Source: a virus
Taxonomy: Duplodnaviria > Caudoviricetes
Reading direction: 5' to 3' (one strand)
Length of the DNA stretch: 50,207 nt
Virus record (IMG/VR): IMGVR_UViG_3300024310_000011
Location: 1 to 50,207 of that record
In this document: piece after piece, positions 1-8,373 of the stretch
Numbering within the stretch: position 1 is the stretch's first letter
Layout of the letters: every line of letters begins with the position of its first letter
The notes under the pieces: model-generated
What the model was told of the DNA's origin: nothing
Database searches by the model: none
The model's input: the letters and a program-made list of their open reading frames with translations, nothing else
Translations under genes and position numbers: made by a program

Positions 1-22
1 CACATTTGATGTGGTCTGGATT

Positions 23-148
23 GTATCGGCCCAAAGGTGGGATGGGATGATCGTGGCAACTACAATCCAGACCACATCAAATGTGGCGACCGCGTACTGT
101 ACAGCAACCACACCGGCTACGAAGTCTCGTTCAAACGACAGATGAAGT
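23..148 (+). repeat. Terminal direct repeat (assembly overlap), copy 1
   Basis: Identical to 50082-50207 (gtatcggccc...gatgaagt). Confidence 0.95.
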
Positions 149-222
149 TTCGACAGATGCGGGAGCACGAAGTAATGAGTAGGATTCATGGTATCAAAAA
201 GATACATGAGGTATTGGAGTAA
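37..222 (+). CDS. groES: C-terminal part of the GroES-like protein that starts at 49484 and crosses the junction
   Basis: IKCGDRVLYSNHTGYEV...MREHEVMSRI resembles the Cpn10 C-terminal half; in frame with the ORF open at the window end. Confidence 0.85.
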   Translation: MGWDDRGNYNPDHIKCGDRVLYSNHTGYEVSFKRQMKFRQMREHEVMSRIHGIKKIHEVLE

Positions 223-225
223 ACA

Positions 226-447
226 ATGTACAAAGTAACGATTGAAAAAATCACACAAGAGCCTTTCAGAAATCGTGAGTGGAAGCCTACTGGTGCAAAG
301 AAAGTGGATCAATTTGGAAAAGAATCAGACGAGTATGACTACGCATACTTTGATGATACCAAAGAAGTAAAACGAGAGATTCTGACTCAAACTGTTGAAG
401 AACTTGATGTTGTCAGTGTTGTTAAGGCAATCAACAAATTGGAGTAG
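226..447 (+). CDS. Hypothetical protein
   Basis: GGAG RBS, ATG, tight packing. Confidence 0.75.
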   Translation: MYKVTIEKITQEPFRNREWKPTGAKKVDQFGKESDEYDYAYFDDTKEVKREILTQTVEELDVVSVVKAINKLE

Positions 448-450
448 AAC

Positions 451-648
451 ATGACTTGTCCACACTGTAAAACCGAAATCACTCCTGTGTTATACAACGA
501 CGACATAGAAGTAGGCTGGGTTTGCAGGTGTGTAACCGTTGTAGCTGTACATGTAGGAGAGGCTGAATACGGCAGCCAAGTATACATGTCAGCAGATTAC
601 AAACAAGGAGCTGTTAGGAGTAACAAATGTCCGAACCAACCAAAATAA
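451..648 (+). CDS. Small Zn-ribbon protein
   Basis: CPHC...CRC, GGAG upstream. Confidence 0.6.
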   Translation: MTCPHCKTEITPVLYNDDIEVGWVCRCVTVVAVHVGEAEYGSQVYMSADYKQGAVRSNKCPNQPK

Positions 649-803
649 TCGCCCGTGGGCCGGATGCCACCACGCTACTACTGTTGATGAAAGGAGAGCT
701 TTCAAACTATGGTTACGAGTCCAGCGACATAAAACACGAATACGATCCAACATGGGGCAATGACGAGTTGATGATTGAAGTGAAGATGAATGGAGGGGGG
801 TGA
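627..803 (+). CDS. Hypothetical 58-aa protein (below the ORF-track cutoff)
   Basis: AGGAG RBS at 616-620; MSEPTKIIARG...MNGGG*. Confidence 0.65.
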   Translation: MSEPTKIIARGPDATTLLLLMKGELSNYGYESSDIKHEYDPTWGNDELMIEVKMNGGG

Positions 804-844
804 TTGCACTGATACCTACACTTGATCCTGTAGGACAAATAAAG

Positions 845-875
845 AGGCCACCTATGTACGACTTGTAGGTGGCCT
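845..875. terminator. Hairpin between the convergent arms, likely bidirectional terminator
   Basis: aggccaccta / taggtggcct 10-bp stem, T-rich flank on each strand. Confidence 0.75.
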
Positions 876-880
876 TGTTG

Positions 881-1009
881 TTACTTCTGTTGGTCTTGTT
901 TCTTGTCGTCTTGATTGTCTTGCTTCTTCTCGTCAGAAGGCTTGTCCCATCCTCCCGGTGGTGGTTGTTGTGGCGGTGGAATCGTATCCATTCTGTATTG
1001 TTGCTGCAT
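881..1009 (-). CDS. 42-aa Pro/Gln/Asp/Lys-rich peptide
   Basis: AAGGAG RBS; MQQQYRMDTIPPPQQPPPGGWDKPSDEKKQDNQDDKKQDQQK*; ends at the terminator. Confidence 0.6.
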   Translation of the reverse strand: MQQQYRMDTIPPPQQPPPGGWDKPSDEKKQDNQDDKKQDQQK

Positions 1010-1535
1010 TATTATTCTCCTTATGTGATGACACAAATCCCGTTCCATTCACGTTCTTACATCCGTTACGTTGTTCATACCGGATGTCGATTATTACAGC
1101 CGGCATCTTAAGTGGGTGACAGAAAATCCACGGCCAGTCTCGGTCAGTATCAGGGATGTGAACAGTGTATTGTCGATCACTCTGTTGTGACAACACAGTT
1201 ATACCATAATACGTTCTCGTGTTGGACACAAGCTCACTATCACGTCTCCCGTATCCGTCCCTTTCTGCTACTAGTGTGAGAAGACCCATGACTATCAGTA
1301 TCCCCAGTGTCTTCATAAACACCGTTACTTTGCCCCGCGGCTGCACTTCTGGCATGTTTATCTGTATGGTTTGCTTGGCAGGTTCTAAGACTATCGGCCA
1401 CTCTTCTTTGATGTTCTCTACGATGGCGTCTCTCAGAATCCAAACGCAACTTAAGATAACCAAGAGCCAGGGCAACCAGTATACGACCCACTGCATCGAA
1501 GATGTCCCTAATAGTAATACCAGAGAATATGTCAC
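933..1535 (-). CDS. Membrane protein with two hydrophobic segments (possibly lysis/spanin-like)
   Basis: Two TM-like stretches, then a soluble domain with two Cys; end of the late operon. Confidence 0.55.
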   Translation of the reverse strand: MTYSLVLLLGTSSMQWVVYWLPWLLVILSCVWILRDAIVENIKEEWPIVLEPAKQTIQINMPEVQPRGKVTVFMKTLGILIVMGLLTLVAERDGYGRRDSELVSNTRTYYGITVLSQQSDRQYTVHIPDTDRDWPWIFCHPLKMPAVIIDIRYEQRNGCKNVNGTGFVSSHKENNNAATIQNGYDSTATTTTTGRMGQAF

Positions 1536-1542
1536 GAATCAT
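1240..1542 (-). CDS. Overlapping single-TM protein (holin-like), 100 aa
   Basis: GAAGGA RBS before ATG 1542; MIRDIF...ILVALALGYLKL then a charged tail. Confidence 0.5.
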   Translation of the reverse strand: MIRDIFSGITIRDIFDAVGRILVALALGYLKLRLDSERRHRREHQRRVADSLRTCQANHTDKHARSAAAGQSNGVYEDTGDTDSHGSSHTSSRKGRIRET

Positions 1543-1574
1543 TTCCTTCTCTTTCGGCCACTTCACGACATTAA

Positions 1575-2297
1575 CTACAGTATCCGAACCCACCAATCTT
1601 TAATCATTACACCTACTGCCTTACCTGTGTTACCGAGTGGATCGAGTTGACAGGCGTTGTGGAAGTAGGGTGTACCACTCCACGTAACAGGTATCGGTAC
1701 AGCTTCGTGAGTTATACCGACATTGTACGTTACACCATCAATAATACACAAATCATGTAATGTTGTGCGTCGTACCCAATCAACTTGGAACAATGCCACA
1801 AGATTAACCCACTGTCCTACTATCGCCACTGGTGTTGGTAACGACGGAACTCGCTCCCAGGTACTCAGCTTCTGATTGAAAATACGCCACGCAGGTGGAC
1901 CGTCCACTAACGAAGGCTTCCATTGATAAGCCATATTCCATCGAAACCTATTCAGACTTGGTTCAATTTCGTTCTCAAATGCTGTCAAAGCGTTCAACAC
2001 AGCTAGGTTCGGTATATTGAACGACATGCCATATGCGAAGTAGGTCGCTGTTAACGGCACACGAGTGAGAGTGTTATAACGATAACAGTTATCCCATGGC
2101 TGACCTTTAAGACGCACTTTTGGTATGAAACCGAAGTTACCACCAGACCACGTAGAGAAGCCATGCGGCAAAGCATTCGGCCCGCCTGAATCAGCCCCGC
2201 CACCGTCAATCATTAGATTGGCCGGTACTAATTCCAACTGTGACCATTCTTGTATCGACCGTTTTCTCGTTAACTGATCTACAATTAATTGATCCAC
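1575..2297 (-). CDS. Trp-rich beta-sandwich (ConA/lectin or lyase-like) protein
   Basis: Aromatic-rich beta-strand pattern; GAGGTG RBS; near the tail fibre. Confidence 0.55.
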   Translation of the reverse strand: MDQLIVDQLTRKRSIQEWSQLELVPANLMIDGGGADSGGPNALPHGFSTWSGGNFGFIPKVRLKGQPWDNCYRYNTLTRVPLTATYFAYGMSFNIPNLAVLNALTAFENEIEPSLNRFRWNMAYQWKPSLVDGPPAWRIFNQKLSTWERVPSLPTPVAIVGQWVNLVALFQVDWVRRTTLHDLCIIDGVTYNVGITHEAVPIPVTWSGTPYFHNACQLDPLGNTGKAVGVMIKDWWVRIL

Positions 2298-2301
2298 TTT
2301 G

Positions 2302-2448
2302 TCACCTCACTAGTAATGCCAAGCCATAAAAGAATAATCCAAGCCACCCTATGTGCGGCCCGTATGGACGATTTACAAATCCTGTGACAGCGGCCAAGAG
2401 CCAGCATATAGTAGCAACGATTAACAAAAGAACGTGTGCGCTGAACAT
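2302..2448 (-). CDS. 48-aa two-TM membrane protein (holin-like)
   Basis: AAGGAG RBS; MFSAHVLLLIVATICWLLAAV...IGWLGLFFYGLALLVR*. Confidence 0.7.
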   Translation of the reverse strand: MFSAHVLLLIVATICWLLAAVTGFVNRPYGPHIGWLGLFFYGLALLVR

Positions 2449-2461
2449 TTGAGACTCCTTT

Positions 2462-3745
2462 TTATCCTAGTGCAAGCACTTTAATACGTACTGCATACTG
2501 CATCGGCGTGCCTGTTGAAGCATAGCCGGTTGTGGAGAAACTTATTGTTGTGCTAGACTTAACATTAATTGGGAAACTAGCCAAGGCCAGCGTGTTCAAA
2601 GTGTTCGTATTTACTGTGACATTAAAGGGAACTGTTTGTACGGTATTGTTATCTCGGTCGGTGTAGATAATGTTAACCGCAGGAAGTGTGCTTGTTGTAC
2701 CCACTGATGTAACAATGATATACACTTCAACATTGAACACTCCTCCACCAGCAGGGCCGAGTGTTATTAATCCCGTAGCTCCTATATTCGCAGTCTGCCC
2801 TGTCAAATCCGCTGTCGCAACAACAGGTGGCAATCCTGTTCCTACAGTCGGGAAGCCGTCATAATTTATTACAGTACCTGTTATCGTTGGTGTTTGTAGC
2901 GCGGGAGATATACTAAGTACATTGGAACCGGAACCCGTTGATAGAGCAACACCTGTACCGCCTTGTACAACAGGTAAGGGAACAGTTAAGTGTGTCGCAA
3001 TAACTTGATTGAGTGTGTTAATGTCTACGCCAGTCGCAGCGATGGAAGTATCAATATCAGCCGACGTGACCACACCGAAAGCTGGATTACCAGCAGCATT
3101 ACCATGTAGTACAGTGTGTATTGTTCCTTGATTCGCAAAATCACTAGACGCCAGAACAGCATTACGTGCCGCTGCATCTTGTACGCCTGCTGTTACGTGT
3201 GTGAAACCTGTACCACTAGGTACAAACAATCCAGGTGTAAGTAGGAGCCACGTTCCAGTAGCAGCATCCCACACTTTCAACACTTTCAGTGTTTCATCGT
3301 AGTACAGTCCCCCTGAACCGTCTATATTGATAAGCTCACTGTCTTTATACGCACGTGAAATAGGAGTTGGAGTTGTTATAAGCGTCGTAATAACAGCATT
3401 AATCGCAGCGGTACAATCCACCACTGCTGCCGTGAGATTCAACTCCACTTGAAACGACATGCCAATAAGGGCTGGTGTCACCTGTAACACCCATCTACTA
3501 CCTGCCGGACTTATGACATCATTACGTACTACCCCACCTCCACTATTAAAACTCCCCGTTGCGTCGAGACTACCTCCGAATATCTTTACAAAACTAGGCC
3601 CATTTGCTCCTGTATCAACAAACGGCCCTGGTGTGTTAGGCGTTGGCTTAAACTGTAAAGACCATGTACCGAATGCAAACACCTGTCCTGTAGGATCTTG
3701 TATCCCTGTCGCAGACAACGCACAAAACTCAATACCACCGGGCAT
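2462..3745 (-). CDS. Tail fibre / receptor-binding protein
   Basis: G/T/A-rich; fibre-type motifs LYYDETLKVLKVWD and PLPVVQGGTG. Confidence 0.75.
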   Translation of the reverse strand: MPGGIEFCALSATGIQDPTGQVFAFGTWSLQFKPTPNTPGPFVDTGANGPSFVKIFGGSLDATGSFNSGGGVVRNDVISPAGSRWVLQVTPALIGMSFQVELNLTAAVVDCTAAINAVITTLITTPTPISRAYKDSELINIDGSGGLYYDETLKVLKVWDAATGTWLLLTPGLFVPSGTGFTHVTAGVQDAAARNAVLASSDFANQGTIHTVLHGNAAGNPAFGVVTSADIDTSIAATGVDINTLNQVIATHLTVPLPVVQGGTGVALSTGSGSNVLSISPALQTPTITGTVINYDGFPTVGTGLPPVVATADLTGQTANIGATGLITLGPAGGGVFNVEVYIIVTSVGTTSTLPAVNIIYTDRDNNTVQTVPFNVTVNTNTLNTLALASFPINVKSSTTISFSTTGYASTGTPMQYAVRIKVLALG

Positions 3746-3753
3746 GTTGACTC

Positions 3754-4134
3754 CTACGAACTCAGTTTGTTAATTGTCTCTTCGTACTCCACCCAATCAA
3801 TATCCAACTCGTGTGCCAGAATACGTTCAATCACTGTGGCTACGATATGTTGCCGGTTGTATGGTGCGAGTGGGCTGTCACCGGGTTCACTGTCATCACC
3901 TTCACGACGATTCTCCTCGTATGCCATATCAAACTTATCCACATCATGTTGACTGATTCCCTTATGCATACACATCAATACTTCACACAACTCGTGTACT
4001 GCCACGCACATTTCCTTGCGGAAGTCGCCCATCTTCGACACGGTGATAAGTAATCCATAATCGGTAAACTGCCAGTCGCCGCAGGTTTCATAGCGTTGAT
4101 CTTTATGGTCAATCACCCTTATCGTTATTTCCAC
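3754..4134 (-). CDS. Putative metal-dependent hydrolase (HExxE...H)
   Basis: VAVHELCE and downstream QHxxA-x3-E; zincin-like but non-canonical. Confidence 0.55.
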   Translation of the reverse strand: MEITIRVIDHKDQRYETCGDWQFTDYGLLITVSKMGDFRKEMCVAVHELCEVLMCMHKGISQHDVDKFDMAYEENRREGDDSEPGDSPLAPYNRQHIVATVIERILAHELDIDWVEYEETINKLSS

Positions 4135-4324
4135 GATCTAACTCCTCTCGTAACACACGGCGCATTTTTGCCCAATACAGATTCTCATGTTCCGCAAACG
4201 TCTTCGTTCTTCTAGTCAGCCCTAACTTCTCTGCTGCCCACACACCCACGTATACTAACACTGTGACTGATAGTACCGACAGTGGTAGTATAGTCCAATC
4301 CTTTACTGTAATAGGTAACTGCAT
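4109..4324 (-). CDS. Small single-TM membrane protein
   Basis: Hydrophobic N-terminal helix; coupled to neighbours. Confidence 0.65.
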   Translation of the reverse strand: MQLPITVKDWTILPLSVLSVTVLVYVGVWAAEKLGLTRRTKTFAEHENLYWAKMRRVLREELDRGNNDKGD

Positions 4325-5605
4325 TCACGGCCGTAGCCACCCCATTGATTCTGCGTGTCGCATACGCTGTATTGTTTGTTTGGCCATGTCGGTTCGATAT
4401 TGAAGGTTGGGTATCTTCAGTTTATGAAGCATCGCATACACCTTCTCAAACGCCCCCAATGGACTGTCGCTCGTGTAAATCGGCGCCCCAATTACTCCAT
4501 ACGCCTGTCCACATGACACGAGACGATTCTCCACAAGACAACCATCCCAAAGCCAGAAGTCTCGTAAGTGTTCTGGCTCCATTTTTAGTGGTACGCCCAC
4601 TTGCTGTAAGCCTGACTTCAATTCCTCAAACGGATACGGCGGGATGCTACACCTGACCGCTGCACTATACTGCCCTTTGATTGGCTGTATGTGATCGACT
4701 CTTTCACCGGACGCGATGCCGTAGAGGAAATCACCAAACGTCCCTGTGGGGAGTAGCGAAAAGAGTGTTGCACTGGCGTCGTATCCAAAGCGGGGTGTCC
4801 ATTCGAGTCCGTAAAGTTTACTTTCGGTGACGATTGTGTTGAGGTCGCACATCCCTCTGTAACCAGTTTCATGTAGGAACTCTCCTAGTTTCAATAATCC
4901 ATCTTTAAATATTTTTGGCCACTCATCGTAACACCACACGAGATTCCCACTACACCCCGTCGCCGGCCCTAAATTGCCGTCCATAAACTTCTTCTCTTCA
5001 ATAGTAGCATTCACAAGATAGAAGTCTTCTCCGTTGAAGTATGCTTCGGTGGATACCTCGCAACCGTTTGATACAAACTCTTGTAGTAAGAATTGTGCGC
5101 CTTTTGTTTGTTCGTCCAAGTTAGTAAAGTATTCCAGCAGATCATCAGCCGACTCACTCACGTATGTAGTCATCGCACTTTGATCTTGGCCGCCGAATGG
5201 CTTAAACACATAACGCTTTTTAGTCCTGGCGACGAATTTACGAGCCGCATCAATACTATCGAAGACATCCCATGGTGGTACGTTGATACCACTGCGCTCC
5301 ATTATTTCGATACCAAAGAGACGATCTTCTTCAAGTTTGGATGCAAGTAGTGAATCACCCATCGTAGGTGTCAGCTTCAATGACTTCTCCGCCTCACGAG
5401 CTTTGCCAGTAAGATCAAATATAGACAAATCGTATTTACTATAATCAATCTCACCTTTCAACGCGGGTGGGATAATGCCACTAAGACACGCCTCACCCTT
5501 GTTAGGCTTTCCTATGTAGTGGTAATCAACCTCGTGGCCCTCTTCGAGTAAACGAAGTATGAACCACGAGCCGATTCCGGTGTAACTGTTGAGGACGATC
5601 TTCAC
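4325..5605 (-). CDS. PurD (GAR synthetase)-like ATP-grasp ligase
   Basis: YVFKPFG, LLQEFV, EEKKFMDGNLGPATGCSG (cf. PurD GPNTGGMG), LEWTPRFG (cf. EFNxRFG). Confidence 0.85.
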   Translation of the reverse strand: MKIVLNSYTGIGSWFILRLLEEGHEVDYHYIGKPNKGEACLSGIIPPALKGEIDYSKYDLSIFDLTGKAREAEKSLKLTPTMGDSLLASKLEEDRLFGIEIMERSGINVPPWDVFDSIDAARKFVARTKKRYVFKPFGGQDQSAMTTYVSESADDLLEYFTNLDEQTKGAQFLLQEFVSNGCEVSTEAYFNGEDFYLVNATIEEKKFMDGNLGPATGCSGNLVWCYDEWPKIFKDGLLKLGEFLHETGYRGMCDLNTIVTESKLYGLEWTPRFGYDASATLFSLLPTGTFGDFLYGIASGERVDHIQPIKGQYSAAVRCSIPPYPFEELKSGLQQVGVPLKMEPEHLRDFWLWDGCLVENRLVSCGQAYGVIGAPIYTSDSPLGAFEKVYAMLHKLKIPNLQYRTDMAKQTIQRMRHAESMGWLRP

Positions 5606-5799
5606 TACGATTTTTTACCTTTGTGCGCGCCCGGTGCTTTGAACTCGCCACTACCGAGGCCGCTGTTTGTGACATTCTGCGTGATTGATTGTTTCAGCGT
5701 TCCTTCTGTCGTACGCTGGCTGTTATCTTCCAGTTTATTGATCTCGCTACGAACGGCCTCGCAAGACCCTGACGTGTACTGCATCTGTCCCATTGTCAT
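5605..5799 (-). CDS. 64-aa hydrophilic peptide
   Basis: AAGGAG RBS; its stop overlaps the start of the ATP-grasp gene. Confidence 0.65.
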   Translation of the reverse strand: MTMGQMQYTSGSCEAVRSEINKLEDNSQRTTEGTLKQSITQNVTNSGLGSGEFKAPGAHKGKKS

Positions 5800-6410
5800 T
5801 CTCCTTTTTTAAGTCTCTGTGCGAAACTACTCTTCGTTACATTTGTTGAAGACGGTTGACCTGATGACACCTGAACTGCTGTGTCAACAGGTTGTGGTAC
5901 TATAGGAGCTGGTTCATTACCAAGTTCTAACCACTCTCCTTTGGCATACTTCTCATCTCGTTCTATTAACTGTAACAACGTAGTTGTGGTTTGTACACCC
6001 AAGAACAACGCCACATTCTTTGCCCAGTTATTAGCATCAGTCTGATCGTGGACTGTAGAATGTTCTTTCGCATAGTGATTCGCCATTTCTTGAATCGTCA
6101 TTGTGTTCTTGTAGATTAGCGACTCGTTTGTAAGCATCAAATCTATCTGATGAACGCCGGCATTCCAACCGATACCTATATCAGCGAACATCAGTTTGCC
6201 ACTGGGATGTGTATGATAGGTAAACATACTGTTTGTCACCTTAAGATCACACGGATTGTTGAGTCGATACGGAAGTGACAACTTGTTGTAGTTCTCATGC
6301 CTGTCAATACACCCCTCAGCAAACGCCACTGCTTTAGCTAGTCTCGATGCAACTGAAATACCATCAAACATATACACAGCTCCTTTATTCAAAAATCCAC
6401 CCCGCGCCAC
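5796..6410 (-). CDS. Lysozyme-fold peptidoglycan hydrolase (virion-associated or endolysin)
   Basis: AEG...RLNNPCDL...F...GW-A...TIQEMANHYA...NWAKNV resembles the RNNNPGNL phage muramidase-like family. Confidence 0.65.
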   Translation of the reverse strand: MARGGFLNKGAVYMFDGISVASRLAKAVAFAEGCIDRHENYNKLSLPYRLNNPCDLKVTNSMFTYHTHPSGKLMFADIGIGWNAGVHQIDLMLTNESLIYKNTMTIQEMANHYAKEHSTVHDQTDANNWAKNVALFLGVQTTTTLLQLIERDEKYAKGEWLELGNEPAPIVPQPVDTAVQVSSGQPSSTNVTKSSFAQRLKKGE

Positions 6411-8373
6411 TTGGTTTCTTGTGGCGTATTGGTCGGTGGGTTGATACTTGTTTCTCGTCGTATGGCACCAATGTACCCGCTACTGTAGGCCCAATCACTG
6501 GGATATGTTTCAACAAGTCCCGTTCTACCGGACGTATGTCGTGTTTCTTCTCACCTGTGTATGTAGGCGATCCCTCCACAGCCTTCAGTATGTCTTGCCC
6601 GGTATTTAGACCTACACTTGGTATAGGGCCAAGAACTACGTTATTCAGTAACGATAGTTTGTTGGCTCGACTAATACTGTAGATAATGCCAAACGCACTC
6701 GCGTGGGCGAGGGCATTCAAGTACATATCAACCGGATCAATACCTGTCGGACTAAGATCACGATTGTCGAAATTCTTACGATAGATACCATTTTCTACTG
6801 TCTGTAGCAAAAAACCCGCCGCCGGAAGTACAGTAGCCAATTTACCAACATATGCTGTCAAACCAGCAATACCATGTTCTTTGAGCGAATCCTTGAACCC
6901 ATTCTTCAAAATACGGAACATGTTAAAATGATAGTGACTGTACATAAATGAAATACGGCGATACGGCCCCGCGTCTCGTAGTGGTGGCGTATTTAGTGGA
7001 GTGCGGAAAAACATAGCATTCTTGGCCGAATTATACATTGCCGTTTTACGCATCTCATCCGTCAGTCCACCTGCACGTTGTACTTCAGAAGGATCAATAC
7101 CTAATCTCTTGAGAGTCGCTTCCGCACCGTCGCGCCCCCCTGTCATAAGCGAATCCCACCCACTACTCTGTGCTCCTAATACCTTTCCAGCGGCCATTTC
7201 TATCTCGCGTTGTGATGATAACGCGGCCACTTCAATCTGTCTCGCCCGCATCCAATGAAAGCCGGGTTGGTGAAATAACTTGTGGAATAGACCTTCGCCA
7301 CCTTTTAATACATTCTCATTGTTACGATGGAGTTCTTCTTCTAGTGCGCCACTATGTACAACTAACTCCTTCCATTGATCGTAGTTAGTAATACGTTCCC
7401 ATGTACCGGCAAGTGTGTTGATGAAGCCTTCATTCAACATGACGTTGGTCGGTTGAAAGAAGTGCGGCACAATAAGACGACTAGTCATCAAATAACCGCT
7501 AAACTTCCGAACAACTTTCTCCACTTCATTAGACGGTCTATACGCACTTTTGACAGTTGCACCAGTACCACGACGCCATGCTCCTACATTCGATTCGTGT
7601 AGTAAAACATCAATAAAGTCAGCCGCAGTGTTGGCACTAACATGACCTTGTGTTTCGTATATTGCTGACACAATACCTTGCAAGTTCTGGTCTTTTGCTC
7701 CGAAGAATACATTCTGACTAATACGTTCTGCTGCGGATTCGGCCCATTTTGACCATCGCTGGCTTACAGGTAGTCGCCCAGTATTTATACGTAAGTCCGG
7801 AAACGACATATGCGATACGGCATTACGACCACGCTCCATACCTAATTGAGCGTCCAGTATTTTGGTCGCATCCGCTCGTGGTTTGTTCAGGTAGTTCATT
7901 ACTTCTTGTATCGCCGCGCCACGGTCAGGGTGATTCGGTATAGTAAGATTCTCATGATGAACAAACGGCCCTTCGTTGTTCAGGATGAATGGAACACGTT
8001 TCTTAGCGACAATTACTTTCTGCCCTGACTGAGCTGCTTTACTCTCAATAGTGTTCTTGAGTGTCGTAAGTTTCTGCGCTTGTGGGTGGTACTGTGGTGG
8101 TAGTGTGTGTGGTTTGCCGAGTATAAAGTTTTCCACATCTTGGTGGTGTTGTTCTGGTACTTCACCAAATAACTTGTTTACAGTCTCTCGGCTGAATGAT
8201 TTATTACCATCACGGAATTGTTCAAACTTTGTCGTCAATCCAGCCAGTTCCTCACCCCATTTTCCCAACGAACGTAGCAACGCCCCACCTGAATGTGTTT
8301 CAAGTGCTTTGACACCTTGAACAAGTGACTCTTTCAAACCTTGTTCCACTGGAGCTACTACGACACCACCCAT
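6385..8373 (-). CDS. Internal virion / ejection protein
   Basis: Large helical protein in the podovirus ejection-protein position. Confidence 0.6.
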   Translation of the reverse strand: MGGVVVAPVEQGLKESLVQGVKALETHSGGALLRSLGKWGEELAGLTTKFEQFRDGNKSFSRETVNKLFGEVPEQHHQDVENFILGKPHTLPPQYHPQAQKLTTLKNTIESKAAQSGQKVIVAKKRVPFILNNEGPFVHHENLTIPNHPDRGAAIQEVMNYLNKPRADATKILDAQLGMERGRNAVSHMSFPDLRINTGRLPVSQRWSKWAESAAERISQNVFFGAKDQNLQGIVSAIYETQGHVSANTAADFIDVLLHESNVGAWRRGTGATVKSAYRPSNEVEKVVRKFSGYLMTSRLIVPHFFQPTNVMLNEGFINTLAGTWERITNYDQWKELVVHSGALEEELHRNNENVLKGGEGLFHKLFHQPGFHWMRARQIEVAALSSQREIEMAAGKVLGAQSSGWDSLMTGGRDGAEATLKRLGIDPSEVQRAGGLTDEMRKTAMYNSAKNAMFFRTPLNTPPLRDAGPYRRISFMYSHYHFNMFRILKNGFKDSLKEHGIAGLTAYVGKLATVLPAAGFLLQTVENGIYRKNFDNRDLSPTGIDPVDMYLNALAHASAFGIIYSISRANKLSLLNNVVLGPIPSVGLNTGQDILKAVEGSPTYTGEKKHDIRPVERDLLKHIPVIGPTVAGTLVPYDEKQVSTHRPIRHKKPSGAGWIFE

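Noticed and set aside
1-25. First 25 nt are the reverse complement of 61-85 (possible hairpin end or invertible segment)
   Set aside because: It lies at the contig edge inside a gene that is intact at the other end; most likely a chimeric-read/assembly artefact
4325-5605. Calling the gene purD (purine auxiliary metabolic gene)
   Set aside because: Substrate-binding motifs diverge, no other pur genes are present, and it sits in the late structural module
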